Positions 1 to 9,841 of a DNA stretch of 64,000 bases are shown in pieces. This DNA is from an uncultured Candidatus Binatia bacterium (GTDB lineage Bacteria; Desulfobacterota; Binatia; UBA9968; JAJDTQ01). The first letter of the stretch is position 1; each line of letters opens with the position of its first letter. The notes beneath the pieces are model-generated. The model had not been told where the DNA came from, did no database searches, and worked only from the letters and a program-made list of their open reading frames with translations. The stretch spans positions 1,184,001-1,248,000 of the forward strand of contig OZ219754.1 in assembly GCA_964291295.2 (NCBI GenBank), read 5' to 3'. The position numbers and the translations under genes are program-made.

Positions 1-163
1 GAACCTGACCTGCCATAGTCTTCTCTCGTGACACCTTGTTTCGGCATGCCTCGGCGTCCACTTCGGCGACCACCTCCCGTATCTCCTGCCACAGGTCCGG
101 ATGGTGGACCAGAAGATACTCGTGCCCGTTGAGGTGAGAATAACGGGCTGCGATACGCATCAT
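1..163 (-). CDS. BglII/BstYI-family type II restriction endonuclease, N-terminal part (runs off window)
   Basis: Manual translation from ATG at 163: MMRIAARYSHLNGHEYLLVHHPDLWQEIREVVAEVDAEACRNKVSREKTM, resembling the YSHLNG..L N-terminus of this family; directly downstream of a matching MTase. Confidence 0.75.
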   Translation of the reverse strand, partial: MMRIAARYSHLNGHEYLLVHHPDLWQEIREVVAEVDAEACRNKVSREKTMAGQV

Positions 164-995
164 GCCCCCCGTTCGGCAAGGCTGGATCGTAAATGGGTTT
201 CCCCATTGGACGGGTACGGAGCGTCCCTTGATTCAGCGCATCCATGCGCTCTTTGGCGATTTCGACGTAGAGGTCCGTAATGTCGCAACCGTAGGGCGTT
301 CGGCCATGCATTTGAGCGGCTACTGCCGTCGATCCGACACCCATGTATGGATCAAGTATGTAGTCTCCCTCGTTCGTCATTGACAGAACAAGCCGCTCCA
401 CAAGCTCCACGGGGAACTGACAGGGATGTATCGTTTTTTCGACGTGGTTGCTCTTGACGTTGGGGAACATCCAGACATCAGTGGGATTCTTGCCGTTGGG
501 GTTGCCGGACAACTTGCCAACGCGTGGCCCCTTGAAGTGCTTCTTGTTGGGGTATTTGGCGGGAACTCGAATCGCGTCAAGGTGCCATGTGTAATCGTCG
601 CCCTTGGTCCACCAATTGATGGTCTCATACCGTCCCGATAGTCTCCGTGTGCAGTGGAGACCATGTCCGAAGTTCCACACGATGCGATTTCTGAGCTTGA
701 GCGCATGCGCGCGAAAGATGGGATAAAGGAGGGTGTCAAGCGGGGCAATCTCTCCGTTCTCGACGAAATTCCCTACTTGCCAGCAGATGGACCCCTGCGG
801 ATGCAGTAGACGCACACACTCTTTGATCACCTGTTTCTGTGTTGCGAGATAATCCTCAATCGGCTCCTTGCCCTCGTAGGATTTGCCGAGGTTGTACGGC
901 GGGGATGTGACGATCAGTTTGAACTTCTCGTCGGGCAGTTGGGCCATGAACAGGAGATTGTCGTCACAGACAAGGCTTGGTTCAGACATCATCAT
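1..995 (-). CDS. Site-specific amino-DNA methyltransferase (beta class, M.BglII-like N4-C/N6-A); no stop codon inside window
   Basis: Not in ORF track. Manual translation from ATG 995/992/989: IVTSPPYN (motif IV), NVKSNHVEKTIHPCQFPVELVERL, ILDPYMGVGSTA (motif I). Confidence 0.9.
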   Translation of the reverse strand, partial: MMMSEPSLVCDDNLLFMAQLPDEKFKLIVTSPPYNLGKSYEGKEPIEDYLATQKQVIKECVRLLHPQGSICWQVGNFVENGEIAPLDTLLYPIFRAHALKLRNRIVWNFGHGLHCTRRLSGRYETINWWTKGDDYTWHLDAIRVPAKYPNKKHFKGPRVGKLSGNPNGKNPTDVWMFPNVKSNHVEKTIHPCQFPVELVERLVLSMTNEGDYILDPYMGVGSTAVAAQMHGRTPYGCDITDLYVEIAKERMDALNQGTLRTRPMGKPIYDPALPNGGHDAYRSPLFSPQRARVSSGPPSGPVAGDTGGGRRSGRRGMPKQGVTREDYGRSG

Positions 996-1292
996 TCCCC
1001 CCTTGCGGCGGCAAGGCAACGTCGTTCCTGACGACCAAGTCAACGTACTTGTGCCGCAGCCCCTCGAACAGGCTGGCGACGAACTCCATACGAGTCAGAG
1101 TCTCCTCGGAACGGAGGTTGTGGCACCCGGCGAATTCGTTGAAATACCGGCCGAGGTGCTCCATGCTCGTCTCGTTGACAGGTGTCGTGGCAGCCCCGCT
1201 TCAGCGCAACCCAAAAGGACTCAACGCCGTTGGTATGGGCCTGCTCGTCCACGTAATCGCCGATCGAGTGCTTGGCGGACTGGTGATTTTCC
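982..1292 (-). pseudogene. IS1595-family transposase, C-terminal remnant with frameshift
   Basis: Fragments KHSIGDYVDEQAHTNGVESFWVALKRG and HLGRYFNEFAGCHN in two frames (ORFs 1040..1252 and 982..1164), typical ISXO2-like motifs; 5' end cut at the MITE. Confidence 0.8.
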
Positions 1293-1294
1293 AG

Positions 1295-1480
1295 GAGCTT
1301 GCGTCACAGGAAATTTTCTTGAGGCAAATTTTTTTGAGGCAGATATCTGCCAGAATCCCACTTGGTTCCCAATTCGTGTCGAATAATGGGAAAAGGCTGC
1401 ACATTTCTGGAATTCTGGAATGAAATCCGGACATTTCCTCCCACCAACCACCTCCTGAAATGTTCTGCGACGCACACTTC
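1295..1480. mobile_element. MITE copy 1
   Basis: Imperfect terminal inverted repeats TGCGTCACAGGAAATTT (1300-1316) / AAATGTTCTGCGACGCA (1458-1474); collinear with the reverse complement of 27497-27661; internal 15-bp duplication at 1311-1340. Confidence 0.7.
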
Positions 1481-1666
1481 CTGGCAGGGCGGGACACCCG
1501 AATTTGATTTATTCCTATTCAGGTTTGGTTGTTTTGTCAACCTGCACACCCTGCAGAGGAGACTGAGGTCGCCACTACCGTTGATGCCGGCTTGGATAAA
1601 CTGCCATATAATTCAACCCCCAATTCACCCCCCCCCTTCTGAGGGCGTGCCCGGGAGTCGGGTGGG

Positions 1667-2322
1667 TCACGGCGGTTTGGTTCCCTCGCTGAGGATGGCG
1701 AGGCAGCGCCCGTAGCCGAACAGGCGGTTCCGCTTTCTTCCGGTCAACTCCTGCGCCACGTCCATCTCCCCAAGGAGCTTAATGCCGGCGGAAGCGGCTG
1801 GAAACGACAGCTTGGCGCCATCGACCAGCTTCTGGAGCGAAAGGATCGGACGCTCCTGCAACGCCTGATGGACGCGCAGCGCCGACCCTGCGGCGCGGCC
1901 TTTCTGCCGGATTCGAACTTGGTCCTGCTCGAGCAGCGACAGAAGCCGTCATGCAGTCTCCGCAGCCCGTGTTCCAGCGCCATCACGTAGTTCGAGACCT
2001 CGACGACGTCATCGAAGGGGACGCCGGGTGCCTCGTCCATCTCGAACAGCAGGAGGTCCGACAGCGAAGACTGCGTGCCCTCGATCTGCGACGACAGCAC
2101 CGCCTCCTTCCGGACGTAGCGGTAGAGGAACAGGTGGGTGTCGGGGAGCAGGGTCGAGAGAGCGTCCACCCCGCCCAGTGCCAGCAACGCCCTCTCCAGG
2201 GGGCCTTGCAGGGACGACAGCTCCAAGGCAGGCTCCGGCGGCAGCCTCGAGGGCACGAACGCCCGGACGGTCTCGCCGCCCACCGTCGCGGCTTCGTATC
2301 TGCCGGTTTCACCTCGCTGCAC
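1667..2322 (-). pseudogene. Fic family protein with internal deletion and frameshift
   Basis: Fic_N region (YVRKEAVLSSQIEGTQSSL...EVSNY) joined near 1943 to a C-terminal HTH-like tail (ELTGRKRNRLFGY) in another frame; HPFxDGNGR core missing. Confidence 0.85.
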
Positions 2323-2375
2323 TGGGGGGATGTCCTGTTAAGCAAAGCTGGATAGTGTTGGCTGTTGTCAAGATT

Positions 2376-2401
2376 TATAGTTCAATTATTAAGTCAGCAA
2401 T
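2376..2401 (+). promoter_or_regulatory. AT-rich putative operator/promoter element between fic and bamD
   Basis: TATAGTTCAATTAT is identical to the minus-strand sequence at 38201-38214; lies in the imperfect palindrome ATAGTTCAATTATTAAGTCAGCAAT. Confidence 0.4.
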
Positions 2402-2558
2402 ACGACAGAATCCGGTGCAAGTCCATGACGGCACCGGCCGGCTGGTTCGGCACGGCGGCGGCCCATCCGAAGCCGGGCCCCGACCGGGCCCCGGCAACCT
2501 TGAAGGCTCCGCCGGGACCGTGATAGGGTTCTTTCATCACTTGTCGAAGGCAACCGGA

Positions 2559-4013
2559 ATGCATGAACGAAATCATCTGAAACGGGTTCTCCCGGGTTTT
2601 CTGTCCGTGCTGCTTCTGGGCGGCTGTGCGGCGCCCACCGGGGAGCGCTCGAGGATCCCCCGGCTGAACGACCTCACCAGCGCGGTCGCGGACCTGTTCA
2701 ACCCCGCCCCGCGCTCCAGCACCACGGACACGGCCGCGGCGCTGTACCAGGACGGCATCGACTATTTCAACAGAGGGCGTTACGCGCGCTCGATATCGTT
2801 CTTTCAGAAGCTTCGGGACGAGTATCCTTTCAGCGACGAAGCTGCGGACGCCGAGTTGAAGATTGCCGAGGCCTACTATCTGAACGAGGAATACATCCAG
2901 GCGGACGAGACCTACAGGAACTATCTCACCTACCAGCCTACGGGGCAGCACGTGCCCTACGTCAAGTACCAGCTTGGACGCGTCAACCTGGCGCAGTTCA
3001 CCGGTATCGACCGGGACCTGGAGAAGGTCCGGGAGGCCCGGGGCTTCTTCGACTCCGTGGTCAAGGATCATCCGGAGTCCGAGCATGCGTCGGACGCCCG
3101 CAAGCAGCTTGCCGAGACCCGGGCTCACCTGGCGGAGCGGGAGTTCTACGTCGGCGACTACTACGTGAACGAAGATCGGTATCCGGCGGCCCGCGAGCGC
3201 TTCGAGATCGTGTTGCGCGACTACGGCGATACGCCGGCGGCGCCCCGGGCGCAGGCCGCGCTGGCCGCGATCCCGGCGGCGGATCAGGGCGACGCGCAGA
3301 ACCCGGTGCCTCCGACTCCGCCGGTGACACCGGCGGAGCCCGCCCCGGAGCGCGGCGCGGCGGAGCCGCCGTTCGTCACCAAGCCCGGCTACGACTACGA
3401 AGACCCGTACCAAAGGACGTGGTACAGCTACCTGAACCCCTTCTCGTGGGGTGGCCGGAGGGAGCCGCCGGCGGAGCGGACGGCCGCGTCCGCGCCGCCA
3501 GCCCGCGCCGGTGAGACAGGGACTTCCTCCGAAGAAACCGCGCCTCCCGAAAGGAAGAGTTGGTTCGGCTTCCTCAACCCGTCGTCGTGGTTCGACGATG
3601 GATCGGAGAAGCCCGCGCCGCCGACGCCCGCCGAAACGGTTTCCGCCAAGGCGGTGGTGGAAGGCGTCGACAGGACGCTGGGGACCGGGGAATCGTCAAG
3701 TGATGACGCGCCGACACCTCCGGTGAGCAGCCTTCCGCCGGAAGAGAAGGACACGGGCCCGGTTCCGGATGACCCGGCAAAGGTCATCCGGAACATCGAT
3801 ACCCGGCTTGGCACTGCGACCGCGCCGGACGACGTCCCCCCGGTGCCGGCTGCCGATCCCGCGCTTTTCTCGGCCAGGAAGCCCGCGCCCGCCGCCGAAG
3901 AAACCGCCGCTGCCGAAGAGACCCGATCCGACCTGCTGGATGAAATCGACCGCCAGCTCCGGAGAGAAGGGGTCGACAGTTCGAAGCTTCCGCCTCCGCC
4001 CGCGTCACCGTAA
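2559..4013 (+). CDS. bamD: Outer membrane protein assembly lipoprotein BamD with long Pro-rich C-terminal extension
   Basis: Lipobox LLGGC, TPR helices (YPFSDEA..AELKIAEAYY, HLAEREFYVGDYY); start reassigned to ATG 2559 within ORF 2028..4013. Confidence 0.85.
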   Translation: MHERNHLKRVLPGFLSVLLLGGCAAPTGERSRIPRLNDLTSAVADLFNPAPRSSTTDTAAALYQDGIDYFNRGRYARSISFFQKLRDEYPFSDEAADAELKIAEAYYLNEEYIQADETYRNYLTYQPTGQHVPYVKYQLGRVNLAQFTGIDRDLEKVREARGFFDSVVKDHPESEHASDARKQLAETRAHLAEREFYVGDYYVNEDRYPAARERFEIVLRDYGDTPAAPRAQAALAAIPAADQGDAQNPVPPTPPVTPAEPAPERGAAEPPFVTKPGYDYEDPYQRTWYSYLNPFSWGGRREPPAERTAASAPPARAGETGTSSEETAPPERKSWFGFLNPSSWFDDGSEKPAPPTPAETVSAKAVVEGVDRTLGTGESSSDDAPTPPVSSLPPEEKDTGPVPDDPAKVIRNIDTRLGTATAPDDVPPVPAADPALFSARKPAPAAEETAAAEETRSDLLDEIDRQLRREGVDSSKLPPPPASP

Positions 4014-4058
4014 GCCGTGCCCGGCGCACCGGACGGCTGTGCCGTCCGGTCGCGTGGC

Positions 4059-5339
4059 CTACGGACTGAACTCCGAGCCCCTGCCCATGGACCGGGCCAG
4101 CAGCGCCTCGGCAAACTTGTGATCGTAGATGGACCGTATGTGGTCGGTCTGGGCCCTGGAGTTGATGACCTGGGCTTCGGTAATCTCGATGATCGAACCG
4201 ACGCCGACCTGGTAGCGGCCGTTGGCCAGATCAAGGTTTTCCTTGGCCGACTTCTTTTGCGCGTCGTTGGCCTTGATCCGTTCACCCGCCTCCAGGAGAT
4301 TCAACAGGCTTTCCTCCACCTCCAGGGCGATACGCTGTTGTTGCTCTTGCAGTTGAGCCTTGACGACGGCGTGGTCGCGGACGGCTCTCTCGATCTCGGG
4401 CTTGAGAGTGAAACCGTTGAACACGGGAATGTCCAGGGTGAGCATCGAACTGATGATGTCCTGGTCGTTGTGCCACCGCCAGCCGTATTGTCCGGTAAAA
4501 CGGAGGCTCGGCATGCGGCCGAGCTTGGCCAGGTCGATGGCCTCCTGCCGGGCCTTGAGCTGGGACCGGAACTCTTCGATCTCGGCGCGCGATTCGAAGG
4601 CGGCTTTCACCGCGTCGTCCAGTGACAGGGGGGATGGCCGGACATGGACGTCGCTGGCCACCGGACGCTCCGGAAAGTTCGTCACGCCCATGGCGCTCTT
4701 GAGCCGCGCCCATGCGATCTTGACCCCGTTCTGGGCGCTGATGAGTCCGGTCTTGGCGGCAAACAGGCTTGCCTCCGCGCGGGCCACGTCGATCTTGGGG
4801 CGCGTGCCCACCTCGAAGAACCCCTGGGCCTGGCGCACCAGGGTTTCGCGGTCCTTGACCGTATCCTCCTCCACCCGCACCAGCGCCCGGGCCCGGAGGT
4901 AGTTGTAGAAGCCTCGCCGCACCGCAAGCACGATGTCTTCCTCCGTCATCTTCTCCCGGAAACGCCGGGCTTCCAGCGTGTCCTGCTCCAGCCGGACGCG
5001 GCTCTCCCGGCGCCCGAAGTCGCTCACGAGCCATTCCACCTGACCGACGGAGGCCGAGAGGTTCTTGTGCCTGTTCACGTTCTCCGTGGCGGGATCGTTC
5101 TCGTACAAGCCGCGGATTCCCACCGTGGGATAGAAATTGGCCTTGGCCCTGGCAAGCACGGCCTCCTGAACCTTGACCCGTTCGCTGACGGCGCGGATTC
5201 CCGGATGGTTTTCCAGGGCGGTGCGCTCGGCTTGTTGCAGAGTCAGCACTGGCAGATCCGATGGCTGGCCGTAGGCGGCATGAACCATCCACAGCATCGT
5301 CAACATCCCGATTCCCAGTACCGCGGTGCGGTATCGCAT
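4059..5339 (-). CDS. TolC-family outer membrane efflux protein
   Basis: Signal peptide, two OEP repeats, RYQVGVGSIIEITEAQ motif. Confidence 0.9.
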   Translation of the reverse strand: MRYRTAVLGIGMLTMLWMVHAAYGQPSDLPVLTLQQAERTALENHPGIRAVSERVKVQEAVLARAKANFYPTVGIRGLYENDPATENVNRHKNLSASVGQVEWLVSDFGRRESRVRLEQDTLEARRFREKMTEEDIVLAVRRGFYNYLRARALVRVEEDTVKDRETLVRQAQGFFEVGTRPKIDVARAEASLFAAKTGLISAQNGVKIAWARLKSAMGVTNFPERPVASDVHVRPSPLSLDDAVKAAFESRAEIEEFRSQLKARQEAIDLAKLGRMPSLRFTGQYGWRWHNDQDIISSMLTLDIPVFNGFTLKPEIERAVRDHAVVKAQLQEQQQRIALEVEESLLNLLEAGERIKANDAQKKSAKENLDLANGRYQVGVGSIIEITEAQVINSRAQTDHIRSIYDHKFAEALLARSMGRGSEFSP

Positions 5340-5620
5340 AAAGACCTCCTTGTGGTGCATGCTCTCCGCGGATTCTCCTTGTCCCCGGCTCTCACATTGT
5401 TTCTATACCAGCCCCGCCCCGTGCGACAAGGAAGACACGAATCCGGAGACCCGCCGCACGGTCTGTACGAACGGTCCCGGCGCGAGGATGGTGACAGCGT
5501 GGAGACAGCGCAAGACGCCGCGAAAACAACAGCAAAAGACATGCCACGCTCCGCGCGTCCCGCGGTCGCGTTACACCTTCGTGCCATGTCTGGTAAATTC
5601 CTTTGCCAGGACCATCGGAA

Positions 5621-6397
5621 GTGCAGCCACTGGAGGACAAGATCGCGCTGATCACAGGCGCGGGCAGCGGCATCGGCCGATCCGCGGCCCTGGCGCTGGC
5701 CCGGGAAGGTTGCCGCGTGGTGCTGGCGGGGCGCCGGGTGGAGCGCCTCGAGCGCGTCGCCGAGGAGGTCCGGGGGTATGGGCGGGACGCCTTCCCGATG
5801 GTCTGCGACGTGGGCTCCCGGGCGGCCGTGGACGCACTGGAGGCTCAGGCGGCCCGGTTGGGCGTGGTGCAGATACTGGTCAACAGCGCCGGCATCGCCC
5901 CCGCCGCCAGTTTTCTGGAGATGGAGGATGCGCTGCTGGAGGATGTGTTTCGGGTGAACTTCATGGGCACCTACTACTGTTGCAAGCGATTCCTGGAGCC
6001 CATGATCGGCGCGGGCTGGGGCCGCGTCGTCAATATCGCTTCCACCACGGCCAAGACCGCGTATCCGTACACCGCCGCCTACACCGCCTCCAAGCACGCC
6101 GTTCTCGGACTCACCCGGGTGATGGCCCTGGAGACCGCACGCAAGGGCGTCACCGTCAACGCCATCTGTCCCGGATATGCGGACACCGGGCTCACGCGGG
6201 AGAACGCGCGCCGCATGGCCGCCAGGGTCGGCGGCACGGTGCCGGCGGTGCTCGACCGCTTTGCCCGTACATCGCCGCAACGACGGCTGATGGCGGCGGA
6301 CGAGGTGGCGGAGCTGGCACTGCTGCTGGCGGGCCCGGCGGGCGATGCCATCACCGGCCAGGGCGTCAACGTGGACGGCGGTGCGTTCATGAGTTGA
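5621..6397 (+). CDS. SDR family oxidoreductase (probable 3-hydroxyacyl-CoA dehydrogenase)
   Basis: [24 protein letters not shown]. Confidence 0.9.
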   Translation: MQPLEDKIALITGAGSGIGRSAALALAREGCRVVLAGRRVERLERVAEEVRGYGRDAFPMVCDVGSRAAVDALEAQAARLGVVQILVNSAGIAPAASFLEMEDALLEDVFRVNFMGTYYCCKRFLEPMIGAGWGRVVNIASTTAKTAYPYTAAYTASKHAVLGLTRVMALETARKGVTVNAICPGYADTGLTRENARRMAARVGGTVPAVLDRFARTSPQRRLMAADEVAELALLLAGPAGDAITGQGVNVDGGAFMS

Positions 6398-6401
6398 CGC
6401 C

Positions 6402-7250
6402 GTGAGCGCGGTGCGACAGGACGGTGCAATGGCCTGCGAGAGCTTCGACTACACCGTGGACGGCGGCATCGCCACCATCCGCCTCGACCGTCCCGAACAG
6501 CTCAACGCCCTGACCTTCCGCACCTACGAGGAGTTGGCGGCGTTGACCGGCTCGGTGGCGGCGGACCCGCAGGTCCACGTGCTGGTGCTGACGGGCGCGG
6601 GCCGAGGCTTCTGCTCGGGCGGCAGCGTCGACGACATCATCGGCGAACTGTTGAAGATGGACGGCGGCGGGCTCCACCGCTTCACGCGGCTCACCTGCGA
6701 TGTCGTGCGCAACATGCGCCGGCTGGAGAAGCCCATCGTCGCCGCGGTCAACGGAGTGGCGGCGGGAGCGGGAGCGGCTCTCGCCCTGGCGAGCGATTTC
6801 CGGATCCTGTCGGATCGGGCCAGGCTGGCTTTTCTGTTCGTCAAGGTGGGGCTGGCGGGGTCGGACATGGGGGCCATCCATTTGCTGCCGCGCATCGTCG
6901 GCACGGGGCGGGCGATGGAACTGCTGTCCCTGGGAGATTCCATCGACGCGGCGGAAGCCTGCCGGATCGGCCTGGCCAACAGGGTGGTGCCTCACGACGA
7001 GTTGATGCCGGAGGCCATGCAACTGGCCCGCCGGCTGCGGGACGGGCCGCGGTTCGCCATCGGGATGACGAAGAAGCTGCTGGATCTGGAAGCCGGAATG
7101 GACCTCGACGCCGCCCTGGAGCTGGAGGCCCTGACCCAGGCCCGCTGCATGGAGACCGCCGACTTTCGCGAAGGTTTTCGCGCATTCATGGAAAAGCGGG
7201 CGCCTCGTTTCAATCGGGGGCAGGCGGAGTCGGCGCGGGGAGTTCGGTGA
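6402..7250 (+). CDS. Enoyl-CoA hydratase/isomerase family protein
   Basis: RPEQLNAL, GRGFCSGG, AAVNGVAAGAG, GLAGSDMGA. Confidence 0.9.
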   Translation: MSAVRQDGAMACESFDYTVDGGIATIRLDRPEQLNALTFRTYEELAALTGSVAADPQVHVLVLTGAGRGFCSGGSVDDIIGELLKMDGGGLHRFTRLTCDVVRNMRRLEKPIVAAVNGVAAGAGAALALASDFRILSDRARLAFLFVKVGLAGSDMGAIHLLPRIVGTGRAMELLSLGDSIDAAEACRIGLANRVVPHDELMPEAMQLARRLRDGPRFAIGMTKKLLDLEAGMDLDAALELEALTQARCMETADFREGFRAFMEKRAPRFNRGQAESARGVR

Positions 7251-8482
7251 CGGGAACGGGGGACAGGGAGACAAGGGAGCGGGAAACAGAAGGCAGGAAC
7301 CTGGGATTGTCCCCGCCGCAGGTTCGACTGCGGCGGGAGTTGTCGGGCTGGGCGGAAGCCGAGTTGGGCGGGATCGACGCCGGCGCCGGCGACCCGGCGG
7401 CTTCGGCGGTGTTCCGGAAGCTCGCGGCGCGCGGCCTGTTCCGCTACGCGGCGCCGCGTGGCTTCGGCGGCGTGCGTACCCGCGTGCAAGTGCGGGATCT
7501 GTGCGTCATCCGCGAGAGCCTGGCGGGCGTGTCGCCGCTGGCGGATACGCTGTTCGCCGTGCAGGCACTCGCCGCCTATCCGCTGGTGCTGGCGGGAACC
7601 TCGAGCCAGCGGCGCGGGTATCTGCCGCGGCTGGCCGCGGGCCGGGACATGGGCGCGTTCGCCCTGACCGAGCCGGAAGCCGGGTCGGACCCGGCCGCCT
7701 TGAGGCTGCGGGCGCGCCGGCGGGGCGAGAGCTATGTGCTTGACGGCGTCAAGAGCCTCATCTCCAACGCCGGACTGGCGGATCTCTACGTGGTATTCGG
7801 CAGCACCCATCCGGCGCGCGGGGGAAAAGGGATCGGGGCGTTTCTGGTGGAGGCCTCCGCTCCGGGCGTCGCGGTCAGGGAGCGCCTCGCCCTGGTCTCG
7901 CCCCACCCCATCGGCACGGTGGTGTTCGAAGGCTGCCGTGTTCCCCGGAGCCAGCTTCTGGGAGATGCCGGGAGAGGGCTGGGGATCGCGCTGTCGTCGC
8001 TTCAGACACTTCGCTGCGGTGTCGGTGCGGCGGCGGTGGGAATGGCCGCCCGGGCGCTGGCGGAGGCGGTGGCCCATGCCCGGAGACGGAGCCAGTTCGG
8101 CCGTGCCCTGAGCAGCTTCCAGGCCACCCGCTTCAAGATCGCGGACATGGCCACGGAGCTCGAGGCGGCGCGCTTGCTGGTCTACCGGGCCGCCTGCGCC
8201 CACGACCGGGGCGAAGAGGGGCTGGCCCGAGCGTCATCCATGGCCAAGCTGTTCGCCACCGAGGCGGCCTGGCGCATCGTGGATCAGGCCTTGCAGATAC
8301 ACGGCGGCCGCGGACTGGTGGCCGGCAGCGTGACCGAGCGACTCTACCGGGACGTGCGGGCGCTGCGCATCTACGAGGGCACCTCGGAGATACAGAGACT
8401 GCTGATCGCGCGCGAGGTACTCGGCCGGCAGGGAAACGCGGGGACCTTTTCCAATGACTGGAAAGGATCCCCCGGGCGTTGA
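7247..8482 (+). CDS. Acyl-CoA dehydrogenase
   Basis: FALTEPEAGSD, RSQFG, QIHGG, IYEGTSEIQR. Confidence 0.9.
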   Translation: MTGTGDRETRERETEGRNLGLSPPQVRLRRELSGWAEAELGGIDAGAGDPAASAVFRKLAARGLFRYAAPRGFGGVRTRVQVRDLCVIRESLAGVSPLADTLFAVQALAAYPLVLAGTSSQRRGYLPRLAAGRDMGAFALTEPEAGSDPAALRLRARRRGESYVLDGVKSLISNAGLADLYVVFGSTHPARGGKGIGAFLVEASAPGVAVRERLALVSPHPIGTVVFEGCRVPRSQLLGDAGRGLGIALSSLQTLRCGVGAAAVGMAARALAEAVAHARRRSQFGRALSSFQATRFKIADMATELEAARLLVYRAACAHDRGEEGLARASSMAKLFATEAAWRIVDQALQIHGGRGLVAGSVTERLYRDVRALRIYEGTSEIQRLLIAREVLGRQGNAGTFSNDWKGSPGR

Positions 8483-8549
8483 TTGCGCGCGAGACAGTCG
8501 GCCGGCGGGAAAACAGACGCATCGTTATCGATTTCGCACCGGAGGACCC

Positions 8550-9710
8550 ATGGACTTCGATCTCTCGGATGAATTGCTCGCGGTCAGGCAGTTGGCCCGC
8601 GACTTCGCGGAGAAGGAGATCGCCCCGACGGCGGCGGCCGACGACCGCGGCCACCACTTTCGCCGGGAGATCTTCGAGCAGATGGGGCGGTTGGGCTTTT
8701 TCGGCTGCGTGGTCCCCGAAGCCTGCGGTGGCAACGGTCTCGGGTATCTGGCCCTGGTGCTGATCACGGAAGAGGTGGCGCGGGTGCACAGCTCGGTCCG
8801 GGTACACGTCAACACGCAGCTTGCGCCGGCGGTGACGCTGGCACGGTTCGGCACCGAGGAGCAGCAGGGTCGCTGGATACCGGGTCTGGTGGATGCCACG
8901 CGCATCGGCTGCTTCGCCATCACCGAGCCGGATTCGGGCTCCGACGTGGCGTCGATGTCCACGCGGGCCCAACGGACGGAGGGCGGCTACCTCCTCAGGG
9001 GCACCAAGACCTGGATCTCCAACGCGCCCATCGCCGACCTGGCGCTGGTCTACGCCGTCACCGACCCGGCCGCCGGCCACCGGGGCCTGTCCGCCTTCAT
9101 GGTGGCGCTGAACCAGCCGGGCGTTCGCCGCGCCACGCTGGACAAGATGGGGGTGCTGGCCTCTCCCACCGGCACGCTCGATTTCGACGACGTGGCGGTG
9201 CCCGCCGGGCACCGCATCGGAACCGAGGGTCAGGGCTTCGCCATGTGCATGTGGCAACTCAACCAGACCCGCCTGAGTTGCGCGGCCGGCGCTCTCGGGG
9301 TGGCCCGCGCGGCGCGCGAGGCGGCCTTGGCCTACGCCAGCCAGCGGCAACAGTTCGGCCAGCAGATCGGGCGTTTTCAGATGATACAGGACAGTCTGGC
9401 GCAGATGATCGTCGAGGAAGAGGCGGCGCGCCTGCTGGTGTACCGGGCGGCCTCGCTGGCTGACCGCCGGCGCCCCAACAACCTGGAGGTGTCCATGGCC
9501 AAGTATGCCGCCGCCGAGGCCGCCGCGCACGCCGCCGACAGCGCCTTCAAGATCCTGGGCGCCTATGGATACTCCACCGCGTTTCCGGTGGAGCGCTACC
9601 TCCGGGACGCAAAGTCCTATCAGATCGTGGAAGGCTCCTCGAACATCCACAAGCTGATCATCGCCCAGGATGCGCTGGGCTACCGGAAGGCGAATCGGCA
9701 GCGGGAGTAG
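8550..9710 (+). CDS. Acyl-CoA dehydrogenase, glutaryl-CoA dehydrogenase (non-decarboxylating)-like
   Basis: FAITEPDSGSD, LNQTRLSCAAG, LGAYGYST, IVEGSSNI, C-terminal RKANR; RBS GGAGG before ATG 8550. Confidence 0.8.
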   Translation: MDFDLSDELLAVRQLARDFAEKEIAPTAAADDRGHHFRREIFEQMGRLGFFGCVVPEACGGNGLGYLALVLITEEVARVHSSVRVHVNTQLAPAVTLARFGTEEQQGRWIPGLVDATRIGCFAITEPDSGSDVASMSTRAQRTEGGYLLRGTKTWISNAPIADLALVYAVTDPAAGHRGLSAFMVALNQPGVRRATLDKMGVLASPTGTLDFDDVAVPAGHRIGTEGQGFAMCMWQLNQTRLSCAAGALGVARAAREAALAYASQRQQFGQQIGRFQMIQDSLAQMIVEEEAARLLVYRAASLADRRRPNNLEVSMAKYAAAEAAAHAADSAFKILGAYGYSTAFPVERYLRDAKSYQIVEGSSNIHKLIIAQDALGYRKANRQRE

Positions 9711-9841
9711 AAAACCTTGCGGCACCGCACAAGGCGTCCGGGCGCGCGGGTGCCGTGCCGGTCTGTGCGCAAGTGTTTTTCTATGCGCCCGTTATGTATT
9801 ACTATCACTTCCACGTGCCTGGTTCCTTCCTCATGTATGCC

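Noticed and set aside
1628-1636. C9 homopolymer as a phase-variation tract
   Set aside because: Not in a credible CDS or between recognisable promoter boxes
2028-2558. N-terminal extension of bamD given by the ORF track
   Set aside because: Overlaps the fic pseudogene on the other strand; the lipoprotein signal fits ATG 2559
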